This document shows positions 13,541 through 26,400 of a stretch of 64,000 nt of DNA, in pieces. The DNA lies in contig RHPI01001507.1 in the NCBI GenBank assembly GCA_009103225.1, forward strand, positions 686,151-750,150, read 5' to 3'. Positions within the stretch are counted from its first letter, which is position 1. The number at the start of each line of letters is the position of its first letter. Position numbers and translations under genes: made by a program. Below the pieces are notes generated by a model. The model was not told the DNA's origin, searched no databases, and saw only the letters and a program-made list of their open reading frames with translations. The DNA is from Chlorokybus atmophyticus (Eukaryota; Plantae; Mesostigma and Chlorokybus algae).

Positions 13541-14965
13541 CTATCCCCTTCCCTGTCCCTGTGTGTTTCTACTACTCCCCCTCCCACTCCCCATCCCAAT
13601 GGGTATCTCCCTCTGCTCCCACCTCAGACACATCCACTCTCCGAGCAGGGCCATGACGGCGATGGAGGCGGCGTTGACGGCCCACCAGAGCGCGCTGGCG
13701 GGGAGGGAAGAGGAGTAGGCGGAGGTGAGGACGAGGTGGAGGAGGTGGGAGGTGAAGGAGAAGTCGAGACACTTCTTGGCGCGGAGGACGATGAAGAGGA
13801 GGGAGAAGGAACTGTGTGTGGGGGGAGGGGGGAGGGGGGTTAGTGGGTGGGTGTGGGTATGGGTGGGGGGGGGGGTGGGGGTGGGGGTGTGCGTGGGGGT
13901 GTGTGCGTGGGTGTGCGTGGGTGTGTGCGTGACGGTGTTTCTCCAACACCCACGTACGCACGCACCAAACGCATTGCAGAATTAATGTACCGACAGACCA
14001 AAGCATATCCCGGGTTCAACTCATGGGTAACCCGCCCGCGCACACTCCCTCTCACTCCAACAACAACAACAACCCACACTCACCCCAGTGCCGCATTGAT
14101 CACAAACGCGAGCGTGGTGATCCATCCCTGTAAGCTTCGCGTGTCGAGCGCGCGCCAGTCGAGCAGCAGCGCCAGCGGGATGAGCGTGATGTTGGTCGAT
14201 GCGTCGCGGGCGTGGATGGGTGCGAGGAAGAGGAGGAGGAGGAGGCCCAGGGAGAGGTACTGGATGGCCTGAGAGAGAGAGGGGAGGGGGTGGGTATGCG
14301 TGCACACGCTGGGCGCGTGGTAGTGTGCACACGCGTAAACGCATTTGCGTGTGCACGTGCTTGTGCGTGTGCAAGTGCTTGTGTGTGCATGCGCATGCAT
14401 GCGCGTATAGATGCATGTGCGTGCGCATGCGCGCATCTCTGAGTACGTGTGCACGTGCACAAACACATGCATGTCTGTGCGCATGTGTGCATCAGTTTGT
14501 GCGCGTGTATGCGTGTGTGCGCGTCTGTGTTGGTCGCGCATGTGCGTGCGAGATCATGTGTGCGTGCTTGGGCAGGCACGCATTTGTGCGTGCCCGTGTT
14601 GCACAGTTGTTTTACGAAGGGCCAATGCAGTGCGCCATGTGGCAGCTGATGATATGCATGTCGCGCATGTGACCCATCAGTGTCTTGCTAGGTCACTATC
14701 ACACTATGGCGGCCGTTGGCAAATGCAATTACGAAGCACTATACCTTTGACTCGATTGCACTTCATGCATCATGCGCTGACCACACATGTGTGTTTGGAC
14801 ACGTCAAGTAGCTGAAGCAAGCATGCAGCGCAAAGCCACAAAGTGTTTCATTAATTCGACTCATTGAGTGCAGTACTATACAATATGACAGTGCAATAAC
14901 ACCTGAAGAAGGGCGATTTGGGCCACGATGAGGACAGGATCCCAGACTTGCGTCCCGTAAAACAT
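13541..14965 (-). CDS. SYS1: SYS1-family Golgi membrane protein, 3 exons
   Basis: Exons 14965-14903 (MFYGTQVWDPVLIVAQIALLQ), 14268-14084 and 13811-13541 (IVLRAKKCLDFSFT..WWAVN..MALLGEWMCLRWEQREIP). Splice phases are consistent with GT-AG introns. Confidence 0.93.
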
Positions 14966-15141
14966 GGCTGGATGACGCTGACTGTCTGCTGGGGTTGCTC
15001 AACCCTCAATGCCCCTGTATGTCCGCCCGTTCCCCCGCCTCCAGATACCAGACATGCCTACAACGACACCGCCCACCTCCTCCGCAACATCGCCGCCGCC
15101 CCTGCCAGCAGTACAAGTCTAACTCAGTTAGGCTTGAGAGT

Positions 15142-15149
15142 TAGGGTTT
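15142..15149. promoter_or_regulatory. Telo-box (TAGGGTTT) in the 301-bp head-to-head SYS1/SWT1 intergenic region
   Basis: Exact AAACCCTA complement between two divergent ATGs (14965 and 15267). The telo-box is a known plant promoter element; function here is inferred. Confidence 0.4.
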
Positions 15150-15266
15150 GGTTTCCTGTGGCGTTTTGATTAGGCTTTTGACTGGGTTCGATAGCTGTGG
15201 CTTCAGTCAATGTAGCCGTAGTTAGGCCATGCAGCGGCGGCAAAGGCGGCGAATGTGGCGAAGGTG

Positions 15267-18204
15267 ATGGAGGACGACATGGAGATCGACACCGAGGAGG
15301 TGCTGAGAACGGTGGAGACGCTAAGGCGGAAAGGAGATGGACGCAGCGGAGGCTTCTGGGGAGGCGCTGCTGGAGGGGCGACTGAGCCCAGTAACCAGGC
15401 CAGGGACAACGCAGGAGATCAGGCCAGGGACAATGCCGTCCAGATAGTCCTGGACACGAACGTCCTGTTGACGGACCTGCCGCTCCTGGACGAAGCGAGG
15501 TCCTGGACCCATCCCATTACGCTGGTCGTCCCCTGGATTGTGGTCCGGGAACTGGACGGCCTTAAACAGGACACGAGCAGGACCGCCAATGGGAATGGGA
15601 ATGGGAATGGGAATCAGGGTGGGATGAGTGTGGCAACGCTTGCACGAAAGGCCACGCAGTTTCTGCAAGAAGGGTTTCTTAGGAGAGACGGCTTCATCCG
15701 GGTATGTGTTTTTTTCTTGTTGTGTTGCGGCGGTGTTGCAGCGGACTTCATTACGCATTACACGTACCTCACAGGAATTCGTGTTCTGTGTTTGGAGTCT
15801 TGAACCTCACTGCCAATACATGCACGCGCACGCGCGCACCCACGCACATGCATTCACGCGCACCTCCACGCACATAAGCACATATACGCACATGCACACA
15901 CGCGCACGCATATAGGAAAAGATGCACACATGCACAAACGCACAGACATGCACACAGGCACATGTGCACATAGGCATCAATGCGCATACGCATACACACA
16001 CGTATGTGTGTGTGCATGCGCACACGCGCACACATACAGGCAAATACGTACACAGGCGCCGATGTGCATGTGTGCACACACAAACGCACGCACATGTGCG
16101 CGTGTGTGGGCGCGCGGGTAAACACCCTCACAGGCAACAACAGCATACCACACATAAACATCACCAACAACAACACCTGCCTAACAGGGTGAGAGTTGGG
16201 CCGAAGCGCGCGAGGCCGAGCTGTCCAACCCCGCGCCCGGCCTCGACACCCACAACGACGACCGCATACTCCAATGCTGCTTGCACCTGCGCGCACAACT
16301 CACGACCACAACCACAACAAATTCACACATCCTCTTACTATCCAACGACAAGAACTTGTGCGTGAAAGCCATGTCCAACGGCATCCCCGCCGCCGACTGC
16401 GCCCGATTCAAGGAGGAGCTGAATAACATTGCCACATACACCACACGTGCTGAGAGTGTGAAGCTCTCAACAAGTGTTGTGTTTGCTTCCAATAATACCT
16501 CCCCACTACCAAGTCCCAACATGTCCAGTGAGAAAGCCAACATGCAAAGTGTAAAGTTGGTTGATAGTGAGCGTGCGATGGTGGAGGAGGCTTTGCGCAT
16601 AACAGCTGCAATTTTTCCGGACATTGTGACTGTAAGTGCTTTGGTTGTTATATTGGGGTTTGTGACATTGTTGTTGTGGAGTGTGTGTTTGGCTGATGTG
16701 TTGTTGTGTGTATGTCTCTGCAGCATGAGATGGAAAGGGTGTTTGGCAATGACTGGCAAGACATCATATGCGAGCACCCGCCGTGGAGTAATGCGCAACA
16801 GCTCATGCGTGTCCTCAAGAAGCACTGGAATGCGGTGACAGACAAATTGGCATGACACACTTTGCTGTGCGCGTGTGTGTGTTTTTATGCTCGCGTGTTC
16901 GCGTGTGTGAGTGCGTGATTATGATCATGCTGTGTTCAAGGCGTGTATGTGTGTGCAAGCATCTGTGTGAGACCTGTTTGGTTAGTAACAACCTGCGATT
17001 GTGCAGGTGTTTTCGGACTCGTTTTCGCGTGTAGCGTATGACCACATAACAGCACTCGGGTCCGCAGCACATGAGATCAAACAGCGTCATAAGAAGTTTG
17101 AGCCTTACGCTGTGCGAGGTGCTGTTGAAGCCGTTGTGCAACTATTGAGCTGCAAAAAGGTGGGGTGAGGTGTAGGTGCATGAGCTTGTTCCTGAAGTAG
17201 TCATGTGTATGTGTTGATGTGCGTGTATATGGTGCAGTTAAAAGTGACTCCAGCGCTGGCTGAGGCTCAACATCAAGCAGCTGTGCTCAAGGAGCGCTGT
17301 TTACAGGTGAACACAACTACCATCCAACAGATATCCTGCCTGTTATTCGTGATACGCCTTTCTGTGCGCACATGGCTTACACATGCACACCTGCGTGGGC
17401 ATGCGCATGTGCGTGAATGCGCGCACGTTGCATATGTGTGCGCACGCAATTGCACACGTGTGTGCGTGAGCGCGCGTGTGGGTGTGCGCAAGTGCCTGTG
17501 CGTGTGTGGTCTGCCCGACTGTGTTGTGCAACGTAATGTTATTGTGCAAAGGTCTAACAGTCAGCTTGTTGTGGCAGTATTACATGGCGCAGTTGGAGGC
17601 AAAGCGACAGCAGCGTTTAGCTGCAAGCGCTGAAGCTGCTGCTGTTGCTACCAACACTACTTCTGTGTCAACACGCACACATTGTCAGGATGAAACAGAG
17701 CTTACACTCAGGCCGGAAGAGTCAGCGAGGGCGTGTGATCTATCATCAACAACCACCCCTCAAAGTCATGGCAATGGTGATTCATGGCTACCCGTTGTAG
17801 ATATACCAGATTCTCTCAACCTCATCAAAGAGATGGTGGACCAACACGCCGCCACCACCACGAGCCAAGATGAGGCGTTGTTGTTGTCCCAACAATTGCG
17901 TTGGTTTGGTGAGAAAATGGTCGCGGTGGATAGCGGCAACGTTGCTGCATGTCGTGATGTGTACTACAGTTTGGTGCAATTCACCCAATATCATTGTGGC
18001 GACAGCGGGCACGAAAGAAGTGGCAATTTGATAAGCATCATGGAAGCCACGCGACGGGTGAGAGAATTTGTTCGTGGAGAGAATAGTAGAAATGTTGCAT
18101 TGCAGTTTGTGAGGTATTGTCATGAGGCGGCTGAGTATTTTGCAACGGTTGCGCGAGAGGGGTTTCACCCCCTTCGTGTAGAGCAGCATGAGATGGAGTT
18201 ATGA
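15267..18204 (+). CDS. SWT1-like PIN-domain RNA endonuclease
   Basis: Exon 1 has IVLDTNVLL..VVPWIVVRELDGLK..ARKA. Exon 2 (from 16188) has NDDRILQCCLHL..LLSNDKNLCVKAMSNGI. The exon at 16724-16834 has PPW..LKKHWNA. The last exon ends at 18204. The exon 4 acceptor is ambiguous (17007 or 17035). Confidence 0.82.
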
Positions 18205-19801
18205 CTTGGCCGGCATGTGGAAGGTTGTGTACAGGACGGTAATACTACTACTGCAATAATGTGCCTAATAGCTCACCTATGCTTTTAACAAAAGGGGCTT
18301 GTTGAAGGAGTTACACAAGCAGATATGTTGTCGAACACTGCATGTCGGTCACAGTACTGCATGGTGCATTGCTGTGAGTATACAGGTAGCCATTCGCAAC
18401 ACCATGAGCATGATGTAGCGCAAGCAGGTTTACATGCGCACTGCCACACTGATGTATATGTAGACCCACAAACACGCGTGTGATGGTGTTCACTGCTGGC
18501 CGCATGACATCGTGATGATGGCTGTGACAGGTGTCATGCATGGGCAGTTCTGCTTCGCATTGTTTGTGCACTGGCCAACTATACGCCGAAGCAAGCTCGG
18601 AACAATTCAATCAAGTGGTCTATGCACTGGTTGTGCCTTCGAGTAGCTGTTGTTGTGTTGTGCCGATCAGTTTTTGCTGTACACAACCAACTTACTAGGT
18701 ATGCACCTCACAAACACAGCATATGAAAACAACACATCCTCATCAATGACACAATCCCTTTGCGTACCTGGGATCTGTTGTCATCACGCGCGTGCAATCA
18801 TGACATCACTAAGCTTCTATGAGCAGACTCATGTGCTGATGATGAAAAAAGCACACGAAAGAGTCAAACCACATGTGCTTTGTGTGTAGACAGGATAGGT
18901 GCAGACCATGTTATCTGCTGCTACTGTTTACCTAAGCAACTTGCAGTGCAGCTTTGAAGTTAGTTGCTGTATTGCAGTTGTGGTACCAATTTGACGTCAT
19001 ACGCCTGATTTTGATGGAAAAAGGGGCAACAGTCAGCATGACTACAGACAGTGTTGGATGCAGATGCGTACAGACACCGGCGTGTACATACACGCGCACA
19101 CACTTGCACCCATATACGCTGCTGCATGTGTGCGCATCCATGCAGATGCGCACATCAGTGCACACACAAACGAACATGCAAGTACGTGCATAAGCGACAA
19201 GACATCAACAGTGTCAACTAAGTTGTACATCAACTTGAGCACAGCTCCAGTTGCTCACTACTGGCAGTCAGTTAATATTCATTGTAGTCAACAGTCAATA
19301 TCAACAGTGTGTATAGCCCGGTGGTTGTGTTACAGTATGCTTGCATGCGGTTTAGCATGCTGTGAGTGATGTCATGTATGTCTACAACGACTGTCAGCAT
19401 ATCCTGTACACTTGCACACCACGTTTGTAGCCTACAACAGTACACGTGCACGAGCATTCACATGTCTGAGTCACACGACAAACCAAAGCACACGGCGAGT
19501 ACAGACATGTGCGGAGTCAGAAGCCAGAATAACAGTAGGTGAAGAAGGCTTATTGGCTTATTGAATAGCCGAGGCAATGTATCACGAAGTGTGATACCCA
19601 AAACTGCAGACCCAACCTAAATCAAGGCTGGCTACCGGTCCAACTATTGGTGCAGGGAGACACCAACTTCATCCAAAAACCCACGCGAGCAGGTAGAAGA
19701 CTACCCCTGTAGTACTGTAACTAGATAGGGGCATAGAAGGGCTTAACTATACACAGACCAACTTATTGATACACACACCACTCTCTCTCTCTCTCTCTCA
19801 C

Positions 19802-21379
19802 TCAACTGGCAGCCACCCGGTTCGCCCTCGGATTAGACTTGGAAAACTCGTACACCGTCTCTCCTCTCACATTGATGTACTTCACACGCATAACGTCTTC
19901 TTCCACATCCACCACACTGAACCCACCCTCTTCAGCGTAAAACATCTTGAGCGCTCCTTCCGGCACATCTCCCTCATGCGTGCGTGCGGGAGACACATCG
20001 TGTCCAGCGCCTTGAAGCACGTAGTCCACACTCCCACCTTCTTCCCTCAGGTGCTGCATGTTGTGGTCGTGTCCCGACACGTACGCCGCCACGCCAAACT
20101 CCTCTAACATGGGCTTCAGCTCTCTGACCAACGTGCTCGTCGGCCCGTGCTCAGCCACACTATATATCGGGTAGTGCCCGACAACAACGATCCAATCCGC
20201 CTCAGACTTGCTCAACTTCTCCCTCAACCACCTTATTTGATCGTGACACGCCTCTGAGCTCACGCTACTCCCGGGGCCATACTTGTGATGATGGTGATGC
20301 TTGTTGTCCACACCCTCCAACATGACATCAGAGCAGCTCACGCCAGCTTCGCTGTCCACACTGGCCCACAGTATGGTGTCTATCATGAAGAAATCGATGG
20401 TTGCGTTGGATTGTGGGATGTTGTAGCGAAGTTTGTAGTAAGGGTGAGGGTAGTTCCAGCGCTTGGAGTGGGAGGAGTAAGCGACCTGGGCGGACACGTT
20501 GCCGTGGTAGTCGTGGTTGCCGGCGACGACCCACCAGGGGATGGAAGTGAGGTGCTCGGAATCGTACACCTAAGAGAGGGGAAGAAGAGGGTCAGGAGCG
20601 CGATCTCAAAGATGAACATATGTGTGCAAGGGACCAACTGGGTAGTCACACACCACCACACACTCGCATGTATCACTACACGTGCCTGAGCATCTGTGTG
20701 CGTGTGCATGTAGTCGTATGGGTGGGTTCACAAGCACACATGCGCCCGCTACATGCACGCGCGCATCAACACATCCACACCACTCACGTGCATTCAAGTG
20801 TGCTACATAAGTGTGCGTGTATGCGCATGCGTGCAAGGAAGCAGACAATGCCTACACGCCGTGCATCAATCACACCCCTCACACACACACGACATATAAA
20901 CCACCAGCAACCATTCCTTCCTCCACCGCACAAGCAGCAAGAAAACACGTTCCATCCCATCCCATCCCTTCCCATCCCAACAGCGACTCGACTCATTCTC
21001 ATCTCACCTCTTCAAACGTCGCTTCGAACCGTCTCCTTCCCCCCTCTCCCTCCGCGCTCCCCTCAATCCCCGTCTCATAGAAGTTATCCCCCAGCGCCAT
21101 CACGAACCGCCACTCCCCTCCTTCGGCCTCGGACTTGGACGCGAACGCCGACGCCGCCATCGCGGCCGAGACGGAGAGCTGGGTGGGAGTCGTGAAGGGA
21201 GGGGAGGACTGGCCGCCCCAGTCGCCCAGGAGGGCGAAGCGGAGGGAGGAGGGGGAGGAGGGGGTGGGGGACGGGGACTTGGGGGTCAGGGTGGAGGTGG
21301 GCAGGGGGAGGAGGGGGCGGGCGGCAGCTGATGTGGTGAGGAGGAGAAGGAGGAGGGTGAAGAGGTGGTACAGCGCCAT
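19802..21379 (-). CDS. Secreted purple acid phosphatase, ACP5/PAP17-type, 2 exons
   Basis: Exons 21379-21008 and 20569-19802. It has a signal peptide and the metallophosphoesterase motifs GDWG, GDNFY, GNHDY, GHYPIYS..HG and GHDH. Confidence 0.95.
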
Positions 21380-23492
21380 CGCTGTTTATTCGTTATCGGT
21401 GTCGCCGCTGTTGCTGGCAGGATCACAAGGTTTCAATGCGTCATGCGCAAGGCGTTACAGCCACGCGGACACTCTCCGCTCCACGCTCACACCAGCGCCC
21501 AAGATTACTACCACGGCAGCCTCTCCACCTACTTCAGCACCAACGTCCTTGACAACTCTCCAGCGCTTCAGCTTCGCCTGGTCTGGCCTGGCCTGGCTTC
21601 AACCACAGCCCTCAACCGCCGCCTCTCTCCGCCGCCAGGCCACGGCGGTACATCCCTAAGATGCCACTCATGTGGGTATGTGGGCATGTTGTGTCCACCG
21701 CTAACTGCGTACGGCACAACGAGGATATCGCTATACCCCTGATATCTGACCTACTTGTGCCGCGTGCGGATTGCTCTATCGGCGTTTCTGGCGGTTATAA
21801 CCCGCCGCATGCGCTGCCCCGTTACTTGCCAACTAGCTCTGACTGGAATGTGGCTCACCTGGTTAACCAAGGATCTTTTTCCGTTACAGATTCCAAATGC
21901 CACCCGAAGGCATCTTAGCCGTCGATGTAACACGCGTCGATTCCCTTCCGACGGTTGGGAGTCGCATGCTTCTGAGGCGCACAATAATGCGATGTATAAT
22001 ATTGAATGGCGAAAAGATATGAGCGCGAGAAAGTAACCCCACAGCCAAGCCGGATTGTGTCTGGACCTTGCAAACTTGGCAAAATGACTGGTGACGCTCG
22101 CAAGAAGGTCCGGTGCAGTGAGCTCAAGTCGTGCCGAAGCCTGCAAGGAGATGACCGGTGTGACCGATGGCAAGTATTACGTGGCTGCGCTGAAGTGCGA
22201 ACACATGCGCGCTCGCAGTAATTGATTGCAGGTGATACATCTCCACTGAAGGCTGCGGTCTAGGATTGCTGCTCGATGAAGTTACTGAACAAATGCGCGG
22301 TATCGGCGCACTAGTGCGCTCCGCATATGCGTCATGGAACATGACTCATGACTCATGCATGGTGCGCACATGTGCGTGGTGCAACATGATGGTTTCGCCG
22401 GACACACCTGTGCCTGGTGCTTGGTGCTTGGCGAGACACGTTTCCAGCCAGACTGCCAGTGGGGACGGACACCTGTTGCTTCAATCATAACCAATTGCAC
22501 TTGTTATGCAAGCCGATGCGCAACGTTTGTAGTGATGCACATGCATTGCAGTCTGCAGTGCATATGGTAGAGTAATGGGGCCAGCAAAGTAGCATAGCAA
22601 CATGCCAAGCAGGACACTTTAATAATGGCAGCAAGCAAGGCTAGACAAAAATAGCAAATACAATAAGAACACTAGACATGACAAGGTTACGTGGGGCTAG
22701 GTCATATGTGCGTGAGATGCAACAACAACGGAATGACAGCAAAGGGCAGTAGCAGCAGCTATCTACCGAGCACGGCAGCGGGGCGGGGTGCATCTGTGGT
22801 TTGCAAATGGCTTACTTTATTGTTCATATTAAGTAGTGGTATGAGGTATATATTAGCATAAGTCCGTTATGCATGCCACACAGGGTGTGATGTGTGTACA
22901 AAAGATGCAAGAGGGTATGCATAACATGCAAACCTACGTGCACATGCAATTCAACCAACACCACCAACACTCACCACATCGACCACCGGGGCAAGGCGCC
23001 TACATGCTGCCTGCTAACTACCTCCAAGTCTACCACTACTGTGCCCGCGCGCATCTCAGTCAATGCCTCCGTGTCTTGCCTTGCACATAGCAACTAGCCT
23101 CCATAGTTTGATGGGGTAGTAAAAATGGTCGAATTCTTTGGTGTGTGGTTGCTTATCTGTATCCATGGTGTGATATCTATGTTTTTAGCTCTTTGATATA
23201 CAATAGTTATGTGCGCGTACAATTACCCATCACATGATATACAACAATATCATGCCCAAGAAATGCATGCATAAGTCATACACACGAGTCAACCACACTA
23301 CCAACATCAACATTGATACATGATAAATGTTGCAGCATTTAGCACGAATACGCACACGATATATGTTTTGCTAAATGTTACGCGAAACGTTTTGCTAAGT
23401 GTTTCTTATAGTCGATGAGCCGTATCGTACAACACGTGCATATCTTGCAACAGCGCATGAACAGATTCATAGTCTACAAAAAATGAGCTGCA

Positions 23493-26400
23493 TCACATTT
23501 GCGGCCGCGTTTGCACCAAGTACACATCCTCTCCAACAACGCAGCCCTGTTTGCAGCCCCGCAAAAGATGTATCAGTGTCAGCCGCCTCCATCACATAAC
23601 TCATTCAACATGTATCCTCGACCCTGCATGTTAATGTAACTGGCATGTTGTGTTGGGTGCTCTTATCAGCATAACAATACACGACAACAATGTGTGTGCT
23701 GACCGAATGAGAGTCATGCAGCAGCTTGTCAACGACGGTTTCATACAAGCATTGAACACACTGTTACTTCAGTAACATGTACAAATTTCACTACATTGTC
23801 AATCAAACACATGCGCTTCATTTTCTGCATACCATGTTCACACCATGATGAAGTCTTGCATGCGTTGGTCGTTGGTCAGATGTTGATTATAAATGCAACG
23901 GTAACACTGTGATGACACATGATATACCACTCAACAACATGACGTGCAGCAACCTCACCTCGATATCTTGCGGGGTGCCGAAAGCTTGCTCGACGGCCAC
24001 TCCGGCGGCGGCAATACGCGCGAGCACGCGACCGCGATATCCGCTGTCGGTGGACATCCTCTCCGCCGCGTAGTCGACCGGTTCCTCCCTCGACTCGTGC
24101 ATCGGGATACTATTGCCAATGCAGTGGTGAGTGTTTTAAGCATGTGCATGTGCATGTGCGTGTGCGTGTGCACTCATGCGCGCATGCGTGCGTGTCTCAT
24201 GTGCACACGCGCACAGGCACACGCGCGCGCATGCACACATGTACGCACATGTACAGACGCGCACACATGCCATAGAGCCCAGTGTGTCAAGCACATGCAT
24301 GTGCACACCTATACAAGTACACGCACACACACGCACCTGTCATATAGCCCAGCCCCAGCGTATCCCTCCAAGTCCTCTCCATTCGAGTCGCTCCTAAAAA
24401 TCAGCGTCGGCCCCGTGACGAGTTTCACGCCTTTGCTAGCATATCCAACCACTCTCGCGCTCTTGTCCACGTCGTCTTTGTTGGCCACAAAGCTGAGCGC
24501 GCGGCCGGGATATAAACCGGATACGAGAGTCTCGCCTAAGCCGGCGACGACCTCGGCGTAGAGCTCGGAGGTGACGTTGGTTTGAGGGTTGGTGGTGTGG
24601 ACGACAAAGGCGTACTCAGCGGGGACTATCTCCTGCGAGTGTGTTGGACTTTGGGTACGCACGCACACGCACACGCACATCATAACAGCCCCACGCATGC
24701 CCTGCGAGCCCTGATATGCACGCGTGCACGCACACGTGTACATGTGTTAACGCTGTGTTAAGAAACATGAAAAATCTTCCTTACCTGCACGAGGACAGCC
24801 ATCGTGAGGTCATCATGACTTATCCCCGCCTTGGCGCAGCTCATGACAGCGCGATCGTTCCATTTGGAGGCCCAAACCCCCTTTATGGCATTCATCGCAA
24901 GCGTGAGAGCATCAGAACTATTCTTGTCTCCATCCCCACCGTCGTTCTTGTTCGGAAACGGCAGAGAGGCTGATTTGCAGGCTGAAGAAAGCGCCGATAT
25001 CAAGCTTGAGGGAAGCTGAAGATCCATCACGGCTGCGCGGATATCCGCCAAAGTTGTTGAGGGTATGTTGTTGCTGTTGTTGGAGGATTTTGATGATGTG
25101 GAGAGCTGGGATACTCGCTGCTTGACGGCCTTGTTGACCGGGTCGTTTAACACCTGATCAGAGAGACATATGTCGCAGTATGTTTTGTGGAGAACATCAC
25201 AGTCATAAGAGTGTGTACGAGGTGTGTGCACATGTGCAGGAGTGTGTGCGCACACACATACGTGTATGCATATGGGTGTGCGCGTGTGTGTGCGTGCGTG
25301 TTGTATCGTGATACACAAAAACTGTAACATGCAACTGTGTGCCAGCGGTTCACACCCACATACACAGTGTAGTTGTACCTCTTCGAATGCACCGAACGGT
25401 ATGGCCACGCTGCGCGGCACCTTCACCCAATCCGGCACGCGCTCCCGCAACAATGCAATGTTGCGGCTCTTCGCCCCAACAAACTCCGGCCCAAACTCCG
25501 ACGAATCCACCGCCCACTTACCTGACAACAACAGAAACACACGTGATGAAAAAGAAGCAATGCTTCCGACATACACGCACGCACGCAGGCACAACCTCAC
25601 CTTTGAAGGTCTTCTTATCGATGCGTATACTAGCTCTCTTCTTCTCTTCGTCCTCAGTGTTCTTGTTGGCATCCTCCCCAACACTCTCCACCTCTTCATA
25701 TGACAACTCTGTGCCGCCCGCCGCGGGCTTCACTGCCAGCAGACGGCCCTCGAGAGACTTGAGGTGGGAGAGGACGGACTCGTCGAAACAGGTCGCGAAA
25801 CAGACCTGTGTGGGTGGGTGGGTGAGAGTGTGGGTGTGGCTGGGCGTGTGGGTGTGGGAGTGTGTTGGGTGTGTGCGTGTGCGTGCGTGCTCGTGTATAT
25901 GAGTGTGTACGATTGTGTTTGTATGCATGCATGCGTGCATGTGAGACCGCGCGCGCATGTGCGTGCTTGAGTGTGCGCTTGCATGTGCAGACGTGTACAC
26001 ACGCGCATGCACGCATCAATCACTGACACAACCACCCACCCACACACACACACTCCCGACCCGACCCAACCCAACGCAGCTCAACCCCCACCTTGCCATT
26101 TCTTGCTCGCACCGACACGTGCGACAACACGTCCGGCGCGTCGGCGGTGAGTACGGCCACGACGCCCGCGGGGACCTCCTCCTCGCCCGAGACGCGCTCG
26201 GACACGAGGACGGTCGGCTCATCATAGGTTTGGTGCTGACAGAGAGAAGGGGTTAGGTTGTTGTTGGTGTTGGGTGGGGAGGGGTGGAAGTGTGTGGGTG
26301 TTACCTGCACGGTGTGGAGGTTTTGTACGACGACTACGCGGCCCCTCGCTTCCACGGGGCTGATGACCTGATAACGGGGGGTGTTGGTTAATACAAAGTG

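Noticed and set aside
21660-23100. Possible Cys-rich small gene between the phosphatase and GWD
   Set aside because: No consistent frame or splice model, and no signal peptide found.
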